Of a stretch of 64,000 bases of DNA, positions 1 to 9,688 are shown piece after piece. The notes beneath the pieces are model-generated. The model searched no databases, had not been told where the DNA came from, and worked only from the letters and a program-made list of their open reading frames with translations. The DNA comes from Dehalococcoidia bacterium. GTDB taxonomy: Bacteria; Chloroflexota; Dehalococcoidia; Bin125. Both the position numbers and the translations under genes were made by a program. Each line of letters starts with the position of its first letter. The first letter of the stretch is position 1. The stretch lies in the NCBI GenBank assembly GCA_022822855.1, contig JAJDYG010000040.1:159905-223904 (forward strand). The letters run 5' to 3'.

Positions 1-83
1 GTCAGCAAGCGCGCTCCGCAGTTCAGCGGAGCCTGAAACCAGACCAAGCAGCGGGGACCAATCCCGCACAGGAGGCCCGAACG

Positions 84-332
84 ATGCAACTCATTCTCGA
101 TGAAGAAGAAACCTGGTCGTTGATGACCCTGATCACCGCGCAGGTACTCGACCAGGTCGAGCTGTCCGACGAAGGTGTCAAGGCGATCCGCGACTGGCGC
201 GCCGGTGTGGTCGAGGGCAATGCCGCCATGGAGGCCGTCGCCAACGGCGTCAACGAGGCGCTGGGCAACACGATCGACGAGGAACTCACTCGCCAGATCC
301 GCCGCCGCGATTACTACCGCACGGTGCGCTAA
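84..332 (+). CDS. Small helical hypothetical protein (82 aa), paralog of 380..622
   Basis: Clean ORF after GGAGG RBS; aligns end to end with the next ORF (EE.W, LD.V.L, AIR.W, IR+.D). Confidence 0.75.
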   Translation: MQLILDEEETWSLMTLITAQVLDQVELSDEGVKAIRDWRAGVVEGNAAMEAVANGVNEALGNTIDEELTRQIRRRDYYRTVR

Positions 333-379
333 CCGATCCCGCTCAAGACAGGGCGAGGCACGCAGAGGGGAAGTCACTC

Positions 380-622
380 ATGGTCAAAGTCGAACTCGAC
401 ATCGAAGAAGCCTGGGCCGTGTTCAGCCAGGTCGTCAATCATATGCTCGACGAGGTCGATCTGCACAAGTCGGACAAGGCCGCCATCCGCCGCTGGAAGT
501 CAAGCGAGATGCGACCCGGCCGCGAGGAGATGGACGCCCTGCACGAGAAAATGAACGACGACATCGAGCGTCTCTGGGAAGTCCGTCGAAAGAGCGAAAT
601 CCGCAAACCCGACTGGCGCTAG
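380..622 (+). CDS. Small helical hypothetical protein (80 aa), paralog of 84..332
   Basis: GAGGGG upstream; GC-rich codon usage; shares motifs with 84..332. Confidence 0.75.
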   Translation: MVKVELDIEEAWAVFSQVVNHMLDEVDLHKSDKAAIRRWKSSEMRPGREEMDALHEKMNDDIERLWEVRRKSEIRKPDWR

Positions 623-979
623 ACGAGCCGACGCAGCTTGTCGACCAGACGGTCGATGTGACCTGGATATCGCTCGACTTCGTGGGCGGGCATGAACTGC
701 TCGTAGAAGTTGGCATGTAGCTCTTCCGCATGACCGAACAGCTCGCTCAAGTCTTCGTCGTCGGTCTCACTTCTGACATCGCGCAAGCTGCGTAGCAACT
801 GCTAGTGACGGTGATGGTCCCAGCCACGGCTCCTCGGCGACGGCTTTCAGCGCCGTCGCAGCCGCGCCCCAGCCCTTCTCTGATGCCGGCCCGAAGTCGC
901 CTTCGTGGAAGTGCAAGTGCGCCTTGCCCAGAGAGTCGCCGCTGAGCTCGCTGTAGTGGTCAGTGCGTGCGGTCGTCAC
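619..979 (-). pseudogene. PaREP1/HEPN-like protein, frameshifted with an internal stop
   Basis: Frame 1 reads GDFGPASEKGWGAAATALKAVAEE; after a 1-nt shift near 830 it continues RGWDHHRH*QLLRSLRDVRSETDDEDLSELFGHAEELHANFYE...RLV*, which matches PaREP1 motifs (ASEK.WGA, RGW.H, LH.NFYE). Confidence 0.7.
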
Positions 980-1008
980 AGAGCCACCACAGCGGTCATA
1001 CTGGCACC

Positions 1009-1743
1009 ATGAGCGATGCCCTGGTTCTCTACGACAAGCCCTTCGACGGCGTCGCCAGCATCACCCTCAACCGGCCCGAGGCGCTCAACGCGATCAACAT
1101 GGCGATGCGCGACGATCTCTGGACATTCGTCCAGGCCTGCCTGCTCGATCCGGATGTCAGAGTCCTTATCTTCCGCGGCGAGGGTCCGCGCGCGTTCTCT
1201 GCCGGAGCCGACATCTCCGAGTTTGGGACTGCTCCGTCGTTGCACGAATCGCGCGAAGCGCGACACCAACGCGACCTCTGGGCGCTGCTGGAGGATCTGC
1301 CGATTCCCACCATTGCCGCGCTGCATGGCTTCTGCTTCGGCGCGGGGATCGAACTGCCGCTCTACTGCGACCTGCGCATCGCGGCTGAGGACACGCGGAT
1401 CGGTCTGCCCGAGGTCACGCTGGGCTACATCCCCTCGGCCGGCGGGACGCAGATGATGCCGCGACTCGCTCCTCCCGGAGCGGCGGCGGGCCTGATCCTC
1501 AGCGGCGATCCGATCGATGCGCGGCAGGCCCTGAGATGGGGCATCGTTCATCGAGTTGTCGCCTCGGACCAGCTCGATGCGAGCGTCAACGCAATCGCCC
1601 AACGGCTTGCCGAGGCCGACGCCGAGCTCACCTCGGCGGTCAAACGCAGCGTTCGGCGCGGGCTCGATCTGCCTATGTCTGCTGCGATCCGGCAGGATGC
1701 GCAGACCGCACGCCGTTTGGCCAATAGACTGTCTGATCGTTAA
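1009..1743 (+). CDS. Enoyl-CoA hydratase/isomerase (crotonase family)
   Basis: ITLNRPEALNA, FSAGADI, GAGIEL, PEVTLG motifs. Confidence 0.92.
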   Translation: MSDALVLYDKPFDGVASITLNRPEALNAINMAMRDDLWTFVQACLLDPDVRVLIFRGEGPRAFSAGADISEFGTAPSLHESREARHQRDLWALLEDLPIPTIAALHGFCFGAGIELPLYCDLRIAAEDTRIGLPEVTLGYIPSAGGTQMMPRLAPPGAAAGLILSGDPIDARQALRWGIVHRVVASDQLDASVNAIAQRLAEADAELTSAVKRSVRRGLDLPMSAAIRQDAQTARRLANRLSDR

Positions 1744-1788
1744 CCGCATTCCTACCCGTTCGCCCAATCAAGCGCGAAGGAGCCTCCC

Positions 1789-3360
1789 ATGAACACTGCC
1801 GACATGCTCGATATCGCCGCAGCCAACGTGCCGGACCGCGTTGCTCTGCTCTGCGACGAGACCAGCAAGACATTCGCCGAACTCGCCGCCGATGTCACCG
1901 TGCTCGCAAACGCGCTGCAGGGACTCGGACTCGCACATGGCGACCACGTCGGCGTCATGTCCGTCAACTCGGCCGAGTACGTGATCATCTACTACGCCTG
2001 CGCCAAGCTCGGCGTCACCTTCGTGCCCCTCAACTACCGGGCCAAGCGCGAAGAACTCACGTACATGATCAACACGGTCGAAGCCAAGGCGATCTTCGTC
2101 TCCGACCGTTACCAGGACCTCGTCCGCGCAATCAAAGACGAATGCCCGACCGTCGCGCATTACATCGCCATGGAGAACGACATCCCGCTCGGTCAGCAGC
2201 ACTACCGCGACCTGATGGCATCCGGTTCCGACGACTTCCTCTACGCACCGGTCGAGGACCACGACGCCACCGTGATCATCTACACCTCGGGGACCACGGC
2301 GATGCCCAAGGGCGTGCAGGTCACCTATGGCGACCTCAGCAGCTACGCGATGAACACCATCGAGATGGCCGACCCAAGCGGCGTGCACAACAAGACCCTG
2401 CTCTCGGTTCCGCTCTTCCACATCGCCGGCGCCACCACGATGATCTCGTCGGTCTGGGGTGGTCGAACCCTGGTGATTCTGCCGCAGTTCTCGCCCGGCG
2501 CCTGGATCGACGCGGTCGACACGCATGGCATCACGCACTCGATGGTGGTGCCGACCATGCTCAAGCGCACGATGGAAGACGAGAACTTCGCCAGGTTTAA
2601 GGGTGAGACGCTGGAAGTGCTGACCTATGGCGCCGCGCCGATGCCCTACGACGTGATCCGCGCCGCTGTCGACGTGTTCCCCAAGAACGTTGGCTTCATG
2701 AACGCCTACGGCCAGACCGAATCGACCAGCACCATCTCCTTCCTCGGCCCCGACGACCACCGGCTCGACGGTTCGCCTGAAGAGGTCGCGGTCAAGGAGC
2801 ACCGCCTGCGCTCGGTCGGCAAGGTCATGCCCGACATCGAAGTGTTGATCATGGACCCGTCCGACAAACCGGTCGGGACCGGCGAAGAGGGCGAGATCTG
2901 CGTGCGCGGCGATCGCATCATGAGCGGCTACCTGAAGCAGGAAGAAGCCACCGCCTCCGCGATCCGCGACGGCGTCCTGTACACGGGCGATGTCGGCTAC
3001 ATCGACGACGAGGGCTACCTCTTCATCACCGGTCGGACCAAGGACCTGATCATCCGCGGCGGCGAGAACATCGCCCCCGGAGAGATCGAGCAGGTGCTTG
3101 AAGGCCACCCAGCCGTCGCCGAGGCCGCCGTCATCGGAGCGCCCGACCTCGAGTGGGGCGAAGTCGTCAAAGCCTGCGTCATCCTCCACGAAGGCGCATC
3201 GCTCAGCCTCGACGAGGCCGTCGCCCACACGAAGAGTCAGCTCGCCAGCTACAAGGCGCCCAGCTATCTCGCCGTCGTCGACACCCTCCCCCGCAACCAC
3301 ATGGGCAAGGTTCTCAAGAACGACCTCCGCAAAACCCACGGAGAAGCCAAGAACGGCTAA
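1789..3360 (+). CDS. Long-chain acyl-CoA synthetase / AMP-dependent ligase
   Basis: YTSGTTAMPKG P-loop, YGQTE, TGDVG, GRTKDLIIRGGENI, GKVLK motifs; AGGAG RBS. Confidence 0.95.
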   Translation: MNTADMLDIAAANVPDRVALLCDETSKTFAELAADVTVLANALQGLGLAHGDHVGVMSVNSAEYVIIYYACAKLGVTFVPLNYRAKREELTYMINTVEAKAIFVSDRYQDLVRAIKDECPTVAHYIAMENDIPLGQQHYRDLMASGSDDFLYAPVEDHDATVIIYTSGTTAMPKGVQVTYGDLSSYAMNTIEMADPSGVHNKTLLSVPLFHIAGATTMISSVWGGRTLVILPQFSPGAWIDAVDTHGITHSMVVPTMLKRTMEDENFARFKGETLEVLTYGAAPMPYDVIRAAVDVFPKNVGFMNAYGQTESTSTISFLGPDDHRLDGSPEEVAVKEHRLRSVGKVMPDIEVLIMDPSDKPVGTGEEGEICVRGDRIMSGYLKQEEATASAIRDGVLYTGDVGYIDDEGYLFITGRTKDLIIRGGENIAPGEIEQVLEGHPAVAEAAVIGAPDLEWGEVVKACVILHEGASLSLDEAVAHTKSQLASYKAPSYLAVVDTLPRNHMGKVLKNDLRKTHGEAKNG

Positions 3361-3386
3361 CTCACGGTCGACCGCACCGCAGTAAT

Positions 3387-3424
3387 GCGAGACGTCACAC
3401 CCGCGCTTGCCGCGGGTATCTCGC
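3387..3424. repeat. REP-like palindrome (GTCA(T/C)ACCCGCG-N-CGCGGGTAT family)
   Basis: GCGAGA..ACCCGCG CTTGC CGCGGGT ATCTCGC; resembles the reverse complement of 46721..46751. Confidence 0.6.
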
Positions 3425-3568
3425 CGATGGCAAGTCAATGTCGAAAGACCGGACATCGGCTCAGCGCAGGAGGCAACGGCAGTTGCCGACCCGTGCTTGC
3501 CCACATTGTCAACAGCTAGGGCGAGCCAGTTAGCGACCGTCAGCCTGCGCCCTCTCTAACGTGGCGTC

Positions 3569-4615
3569 ATGCGCCGCCTGCCCGTTCTTGCCGCACTAAC
3601 AGCCGCAGCACTGATCGCGGCCTCGGCTTGGCTCGTCATTGACGCCCGCTCCGACCCTCAGCCTCTGCCCAGCGGCGAACATCTACCTCGCGACGACCAA
3701 CAGTCACAACAGCAAGACGCTCAGGATGAACCAGAGCCGAGCCCTGACGACGCTCCAGAGCAGGACTCCGCCGAACAGCTTGAAGACTCCGACGAGGTGC
3801 ATGCATCTGAGGAGGAACCGGGGCCGTCTGCCGATGAGGACGACACGGAGACCGCGGAGGATGAGACAGACGAGCCTGCTGAATCCGAGCAGGCTGAAGA
3901 GTCGGCTGTCATCTCCGACGAAGACCTCCCAGAACACCGGCTCATCAAAGCAATCGACCTTGACCGTCGTCAGCCCGCAGAACCCGTCCGAGCAGAAATC
4001 GAGTACGAGGTCGAAATCGGTGACACGCTGGCCCTGATCGCTGACGCCCATGGCGTTGACATCTTTGAGCTCGCTCTGGCCAACGGCATCGATCCTGAGG
4101 GCATCATCCGCGTCGGTGATGTCCTCCGCATCCCCTCGGCCCTTGTCCACGTACCACTGGAGACACCGCCCGGCCCCGACGCCTACTCAGGCGGAGGCCT
4201 GATCTGGGGCACGATTACTGATCCTCAGCCAGAAGTTGTTCACACCGCCGTCGTCTACTTCATCGATCATCGGGCCGGCTTGGCCGGCGCACCGGACCTC
4301 ATCATTGGCTGCATCAACAACCGACTCGTGGTCGAACTTTCATGGACCCCGCCTGAATCCAACGGGCCGTCGGACGAGGTGCGCCTCTATTGGCGCGTCA
4401 ATCAGGGCCCGCTCCGTACGAGCCTCTGGACCGTTGGCGACGGAGTGCTCTCGGCTACTGGACCAAAGCAGTTCATCGACTCGTTGCGCGGTGCCCTCGA
4501 TCTCCGCCTCTATCCTGCCGCCTCCGATGCTCCGTACCGCTTCTATTGGTACCCCAGCGCCGGCGTGATGGTCGAGTCCCCTGTCCAGGCCAACATCGAC
4601 AACTGCGGCCGCTGA
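3569..4615 (+). CDS. Secreted or membrane-anchored LysM-domain protein with acidic linker
   Basis: N-terminal hydrophobic helix, D/E-rich linker, LysM (YEVEIGDTLALIADAHGV...LALANGI...IRVGDVLRIP), C-terminal domain with two Cys. Confidence 0.85.
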   Translation: MRRLPVLAALTAAALIAASAWLVIDARSDPQPLPSGEHLPRDDQQSQQQDAQDEPEPSPDDAPEQDSAEQLEDSDEVHASEEEPGPSADEDDTETAEDETDEPAESEQAEESAVISDEDLPEHRLIKAIDLDRRQPAEPVRAEIEYEVEIGDTLALIADAHGVDIFELALANGIDPEGIIRVGDVLRIPSALVHVPLETPPGPDAYSGGGLIWGTITDPQPEVVHTAVVYFIDHRAGLAGAPDLIIGCINNRLVVELSWTPPESNGPSDEVRLYWRVNQGPLRTSLWTVGDGVLSATGPKQFIDSLRGALDLRLYPAASDAPYRFYWYPSAGVMVESPVQANIDNCGR

Positions 4616-4691
4616 CCGCTCCCCTATCACCCGCATGCGATAATGCCCTGACGCAAGATTGAGGAGCGGCTTGTCGGTTAGGGGTGCTGCG

Positions 4692-6932
4692 GTGACCAAA
4701 GCGGCTGTGACATCGGATTCTGACAAACGCCGGACGGGAACGACCTCGACCGGCAAGCGGGTCTCCGCCCTGGCGATCCCCGCCTGGTTGCCGCTCGGCG
4801 GCATCTTGCTGGTCTCCGGCGCCGAGACCGTCCGTGTGACCGGCGCGCACCGCGAACTCTTCTTCAACATCGATCATTTCTGGGTGCTCTACATGCTGCT
4901 CCCGTTCGTGATCGGGATTATCATCTACGGCCTCATCCGACGCTCAAGAGTGTGGAGGCTCGGCCGGCCGATCATCTCCGGCCAGCTCTCCCGCGATTCC
5001 TTGCGCAGCGCCTTCGACGATCTCCCCGTCCGACTCGGCCGGCTGGTCAAGGGGGGCGGCGGCACCGAGCGTGTGCTTCGCGATCCCTACTCGGGTGTCA
5101 TGCACCTCTGCATCATGACCTCGATGATCGTCCTCTTCCTCGTCACGGCGCTGCTCGCCATCGACGACTACATCCCGGTCGACATCCTCGTCGGACCGCG
5201 CTACCTCGGTTACTCGCTGGTCGCCGACATCTTCGGCCTGGTTGGCATCATCGGCGTCGCCATGGCGGTCGCCCACCGCTGGGTCCGTCCGAGAACTGCC
5301 TGGCTGCCGACCTGGGAGGACTGGCTCATCCTCGGCGGTCTCGGCATGCTGCTGATCACCGGCTTCATTGTCGAGGGCCTACGCATCCACACCTCCGAGA
5401 TCGACGTACACCCCGAGTGGTCCTACTGGTCGCCGGTCGGCTACGTCGTGGCGCTGATCTTCTCCGGTGTCAAGGTCTCGGCCGCGCTCGACATCCACAC
5501 GACGTTCTGGTGGATCCACATGATCGGCGCCCTCTCCTGGATCACGCTGCTCGGCTACTCCAAGCTCAACCACCTCGTCCTCGCCCCGGCCAACGCCTTC
5601 CTCAAGCGCACCTCTGCGCCCGGCAAGCTGGACATGATCGAGAACATCGAGGAGCAGGAGCACTTCGGCGTCGCCCAGCTTGAGCACTTCTCGATGAAGC
5701 AACTCTTCGAGCTCGACGTCTGCGTGCGCTGCGGCCGCTGCACCGACAACTGTCCCGCCGACATCGCCGGACAGCCGCTCTCGCCGATGCACATCATCCA
5801 GGACCTGAAGTCCTACGCAACCGCAGTGGGAGAGCGAAAGGTCGCCAACCTCGTTCAGGGCAACGACCTCAACTTCGGCCTCGATGACGAGACGCCGATG
5901 GTCGGTGGCGTTGTCCGCGACGAGTCGCTCTGGGCATGCCGCACCTGCGGCGCCTGCGTCGAGGCTTGCCCCGTCTTCATCGAGCACGTGCCCACGATCG
6001 TCGACATGCGCCGCTCTCTCGTCATGGAAGAAGCCCGCATGCCCGACACCGTCCAGGGCACGCTGGAAACGCTCGAGCGCCAGGGCCACCCCTGGCGCGG
6101 CACACCCTACACGCGCGAGTCATGGATGGAAGGCATCGAGGACCAGGTGCCTGATTGGACCGGCGAGCAGGACTATCTCTATTTCGTCGGCTGCACCGGC
6201 GCATTCGTCGACCGGGCACAGGAGATCACCCGCTCGGTTGTCTCGCTGCTGCGCGCGGCCGACGTCTCGTTCGGCGTGATCAAGGGAATGGAATCCTGCA
6301 ACGGCGACCCGGCTCGCAGGCTGGGCCACGAGTACCTCTACCAGATCCTCGCCGAGGGCCTGATCGAGCTGTTCAACGAGACCGGCGTCAACGACGAACA
6401 GAAAACCGTCATCACCCACTGTCCGCACTGCTTCAACACATTCCTCAACGAGTACCCCGACATGGGCGCAAAGTTCCAGGTGATCCATCACACGCAGCTA
6501 CTGGAGCAGCTTGTCGATGCGGGACGACTCGTCCCAAGCCACGACGGTCCCGAGCAGACGATCACCTACCACGACAGTTGCTACCTGGGTCGCCACAACG
6601 ACATTTTCGAGGCCCCGCGCCGCATCCTCGAGCAGGTGCCCAACGTCACCCTGATCGAGATGCCGCGCAACCGCGAGCAAGGCCTCTGCTGCGGAGCCGG
6701 CGGCGGAAACATGTGGATGGAAGAACAGGGCAAGAGCCGCGTCAACGAGGTCCGGGTCGAAGAAGCCGTCGCCACCGGCGCCGAGTCCGCCTGCACCGCC
6801 TGCCCCTTCTGCATCCAGATGTTCGACTCGGGCATCGGAACCGTCCAATTGGATGTCGAGGATGAGGACAAGCTCAAGGTCCTCGACGTAGCGGAGTTGC
6901 TGCAGGCTGCGGCTGTAGCTGACGGGGAATAG
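4692..6932 (+). CDS. FadF/HdrD-like membrane Fe-S oxidoreductase (cytochrome b-like TM region, 2x4Fe-4S, CCG domains); start uncertain (4659 or 4692)
   Basis: TM helices with His, CVRCGRCTDNC, CRTCGACVEAC, CNG/CPHC and YHDSC...CCGAGGG motifs; directly upstream of etfBA. Confidence 0.9.
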   Translation: MTKAAVTSDSDKRRTGTTSTGKRVSALAIPAWLPLGGILLVSGAETVRVTGAHRELFFNIDHFWVLYMLLPFVIGIIIYGLIRRSRVWRLGRPIISGQLSRDSLRSAFDDLPVRLGRLVKGGGGTERVLRDPYSGVMHLCIMTSMIVLFLVTALLAIDDYIPVDILVGPRYLGYSLVADIFGLVGIIGVAMAVAHRWVRPRTAWLPTWEDWLILGGLGMLLITGFIVEGLRIHTSEIDVHPEWSYWSPVGYVVALIFSGVKVSAALDIHTTFWWIHMIGALSWITLLGYSKLNHLVLAPANAFLKRTSAPGKLDMIENIEEQEHFGVAQLEHFSMKQLFELDVCVRCGRCTDNCPADIAGQPLSPMHIIQDLKSYATAVGERKVANLVQGNDLNFGLDDETPMVGGVVRDESLWACRTCGACVEACPVFIEHVPTIVDMRRSLVMEEARMPDTVQGTLETLERQGHPWRGTPYTRESWMEGIEDQVPDWTGEQDYLYFVGCTGAFVDRAQEITRSVVSLLRAADVSFGVIKGMESCNGDPARRLGHEYLYQILAEGLIELFNETGVNDEQKTVITHCPHCFNTFLNEYPDMGAKFQVIHHTQLLEQLVDAGRLVPSHDGPEQTITYHDSCYLGRHNDIFEAPRRILEQVPNVTLIEMPRNREQGLCCGAGGGNMWMEEQGKSRVNEVRVEEAVATGAESACTACPFCIQMFDSGIGTVQLDVEDEDKLKVLDVAELLQAAAVADGE

Positions 6933-7155
6933 CGCGACCAGATCGTCGTTGCCGCCCGAAGAGAGGTGGTTAACGGAGTCAGACAGGGTTCCCGCCTTCA
7001 GGAACGGCGAGGAACGGCAGCTGAGTGCATGAGTCTGTATCCCATCTGACTGCCCGACTTCCCGCGGGCCGACACAATAACCAATTGGACGCGCGGCCTG
7101 ATTCGGGCCCGCCCCGAACTGCCTTGAGCACATCTTTCCAGTCAGTGAGGAACCG

Positions 7156-7959
7156 ATGGATGTCATCGTCTGCGTGAAGCAGATTCCCGATCCCGAAACG
7201 CCCGCCGCGGCCTTCAAGGTCGACGAGGGGGCCATGCAGGTGTTGCCTGCTCAGGGCATTTCGCCCGTGATCTCTCCCTTCGACGCCCAGGCGGTCGAGG
7301 CCGCCTTGCGAATCAAGGACGCCTCCGGCGACGGCACGGTCAACGTCGTCTCCCTCGGCCCCGATTCCGCCCGCGATGCGATCAAGCATTCGCTGGCCAT
7401 GGGCGCCGACGAGGGCTACCACCTCAAGGACGACGCCTTCGAAGGCGGCGACGCCTGGACGACCGCGCTGGCCCTGTCCAAAGCGATCCGGCATCTCGGC
7501 GTCCCCGATGTCCTGATCTTCGGCCGCCAAGCCGCCGACTGGGACCAGGGCACCGTCGGTAGTATCGTCGCCGAGCTGCTCGACCTGCCCTCCGCCACCG
7601 TGCTGCGCGCAGTCGAACTGAACGGCGACAGCATCACGGTCTCTCGCGTCGTCGCTGACGGCTTCGAGAACATCGAGCTACCGACGCCTTGCGTGCTCAC
7701 CATCTCCAACGAGTTCGGAGACCCGCGCTACCCGCAGCTTCGGCAGATCATGCAGGCCGCCCGGAAGCAGGTCACCGAGTTGACGGCCGCCGACCTCGGT
7801 CTGGCCGCCTCCGAAGTCGGCGCGGCCGGCTCGCGCGTGCAGATGCACGCCCTCTTCCAGCCGACCAGCGACGTGGAGGTTGAGATCATCGAGGGCGATA
7901 CCCCCGAGGAGAAGGCCTCAGGCCTCGTCAACGCCCTCCGCGAAGCAAAGATCCTCTAG
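7156..7959 (+). CDS. etfB: Electron transfer flavoprotein beta subunit
   Basis: MDVIVCVKQIPD, AMGAD, GRQAAD.DQG motifs. Confidence 0.95.
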   Translation: MDVIVCVKQIPDPETPAAAFKVDEGAMQVLPAQGISPVISPFDAQAVEAALRIKDASGDGTVNVVSLGPDSARDAIKHSLAMGADEGYHLKDDAFEGGDAWTTALALSKAIRHLGVPDVLIFGRQAADWDQGTVGSIVAELLDLPSATVLRAVELNGDSITVSRVVADGFENIELPTPCVLTISNEFGDPRYPQLRQIMQAARKQVTELTAADLGLAASEVGAAGSRVQMHALFQPTSDVEVEIIEGDTPEEKASGLVNALREAKIL

Positions 7960-7971
7960 CGGCGCTGAGAG

Positions 7972-8050
7972 CTCCCCCGCCGGGGGAACTGTCGCCAACC
8001 ATGTTCATTTCTCCCCCCGTTGGGGGGAGATGCCGAAGGCAGACGGGGGC
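7972..8050. repeat. Two REP-like palindromes (CTCCCCC-N-GGGGGAG family)
   Basis: CTCCCCCGCCGGGGGAAC and TCTCCCCCCGTTGGGGGGAGATGCCGAAGGCAGACGGGGG; the second recurs almost identically at 28134..28178. Confidence 0.75.
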
Positions 8051-8083
8051 TCCCTCGCTGCAGACCAAGTAAGGAAATCTCGA

Positions 8084-9058
8084 ATGGCTTCCATCCTCGT
8101 AATCGGCGAAACCGACGACGCCGGCCTGACCGCCCCCACCCTCGAGTTGCTCGGCGCAGCCTCACGCCTCAGCGCCGACCTGGGCGGCGGCGTCGCCCTT
8201 GCACTGATTGGCTCGGGCCTCGCCGACGCCGCTGCCGCAGCCGGACCCGCCGGCGCCGACTCCGTCTACACCGCCGACGCCGACTCACTCGCCTCCTACC
8301 AGACCGACAGCTATCTGCCGGTCGCGCAAGGCATCGTTGAGCGGGACTCACCCTCTGTCGTGCTGATGTCGCAGTCCAGCATGGGCCGCGACCTCGCGCC
8401 GCGCCTGGCAACAAGACTCGGCTCCGCGGCGATCATGGACTCGCTCGGGCTCGAAGTCGACGGCGACCGGATCAAGGCCACGCGGAGTTGCTACGGCGGC
8501 AACGCGCGGCAGGTCGTGACCGTCCAGACTGACCCCCAGGTAATCACCGTCCGACCAAAGTCTCAGGACCCGCTCGAAGCCGACAGCTCCCGCTCGGCCG
8601 AGGTGATCTCTGTCGATGTTGCGGAACCCACGCTCCGCGCTCGCACAACAGGCAAGGAACAGGCAGAGGCCGACGGGATCCGCCTCGAAGACGCTGAGAT
8701 CGTCGTTTCAGGCGGTCGCGGTCTGGGCGGACCGGAAGCCTTCTCGGACCTCGAGCGCCTCGCCGGCGTGCTGACCGCCGCCGTCGGTTCATCGCGGGCC
8801 GCATGCGACCTCGGCTGGTACCCGCCCTCGCAGCAGGTCGGACTGACCGGAACGGTCGTCTCGCCCACGCTTTACGTGGCGATCGCCATTTCGGGCGCCA
8901 GCCAGCACATGGCAGGCTGTGGCGGCTCGAAGAACATCGTCGCGATCAACAAGGACCCCGACGCCCCAATCTTCAGCTTCTCCCGCTTCGGCATCGTCGA
9001 CGACTATAAGAAGGTCCTCCCGGCCCTCGAGTCCGCCTTCGCCGAGGCGCTCGATTAG
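8084..9058 (+). CDS. etfA: Electron transfer flavoprotein alpha subunit
   Basis: [50 protein letters not shown] motifs. Confidence 0.95.
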   Translation: MASILVIGETDDAGLTAPTLELLGAASRLSADLGGGVALALIGSGLADAAAAAGPAGADSVYTADADSLASYQTDSYLPVAQGIVERDSPSVVLMSQSSMGRDLAPRLATRLGSAAIMDSLGLEVDGDRIKATRSCYGGNARQVVTVQTDPQVITVRPKSQDPLEADSSRSAEVISVDVAEPTLRARTTGKEQAEADGIRLEDAEIVVSGGRGLGGPEAFSDLERLAGVLTAAVGSSRAACDLGWYPPSQQVGLTGTVVSPTLYVAIAISGASQHMAGCGGSKNIVAINKDPDAPIFSFSRFGIVDDYKKVLPALESAFAEALD

Positions 9059-9090
9059 GGCGGATCCCGCAGGCGCAACAGGCAGATCCA

Positions 9091-9118
9091 ACAAGGGCGC
9101 CCCGCGGGGCGCCCTTGT
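9091..9118. terminator. Perfect 28-bp palindrome between convergent genes (bidirectional terminator or REP)
   Basis: ACAAGGGCGCCCCGCGGGGCGCCCTTGT is its own reverse complement. Confidence 0.6.
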
Positions 9119-9151
9119 CATTGAGGCTTTTGGGCGTGGGGAAAGCGGAAC

Positions 9152-9688
9152 CTAGACGCCCTGCGTCTTGCGCCAGGTCCGGATTTGGCCGGCGTGTTCC
9201 ATGTCGTGTTCGATCAGGCCGTCGACCAACTCGTTCACCGAGATCTGCGTCTCATCTACGGTCAGCGATTTCTGCTCACGCTCTTCGTCGGTCAGACGGC
9301 TGACCCGGGCTGCCATCGTGTCCCGGATCGTGCGCAACATGTTGAGCAACTCGTCGATCGGCCGTTCAGCCCAGTCTCCCGGCGCTGCGTCGTTGATCTC
9401 GCGCTCTGTGGGGAACGGGCCGACGGGCATGTTCGCCGCCGAGCGCTCCAGCGCGTTCACCGCCCAGGCGTCCCAGCCGACCAGGTGCGCCAGACAGTCT
9501 CGGACGCTCCACGTTCCGACGACATCGGGGATATCGAACGCCTCCGCCTTCAGCCCCTCAACTGCTTCCAGCAGACAGCTACGCTCATCTGTGCAGTCGA
9601 AGGTGTCGGACTTGACATCTTCCGGCTGGTGTGCAGCGACCATCGATTGCTCCCGAGATGCTCTCCGAGGCCGCAACGTCTGTGACAT
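9152..9688 (-). CDS. DinB / maleylpyruvate isomerase N-terminal family protein (start may be 9643)
   Basis: WSVRDCLAHL...EHDMEHAGQI His motif. Confidence 0.85.
   Translation of the reverse strand: MSQTLRPRRASREQSMVAAHQPEDVKSDTFDCTDERSCLLEAVEGLKAEAFDIPDVVGTWSVRDCLAHLVGWDAWAVNALERSAANMPVGPFPTEREINDAAPGDWAERPIDELLNMLRTIRDTMAARVSRLTDEEREQKSLTVDETQISVNELVDGLIEHDMEHAGQIRTWRKTQGV

Noticed and set aside
3424-3490. Canonical c-di-GMP-I or c-di-AMP riboswitch
   Set aside because: Key conserved junction sequences are missing; kept only as a low-confidence structured element.
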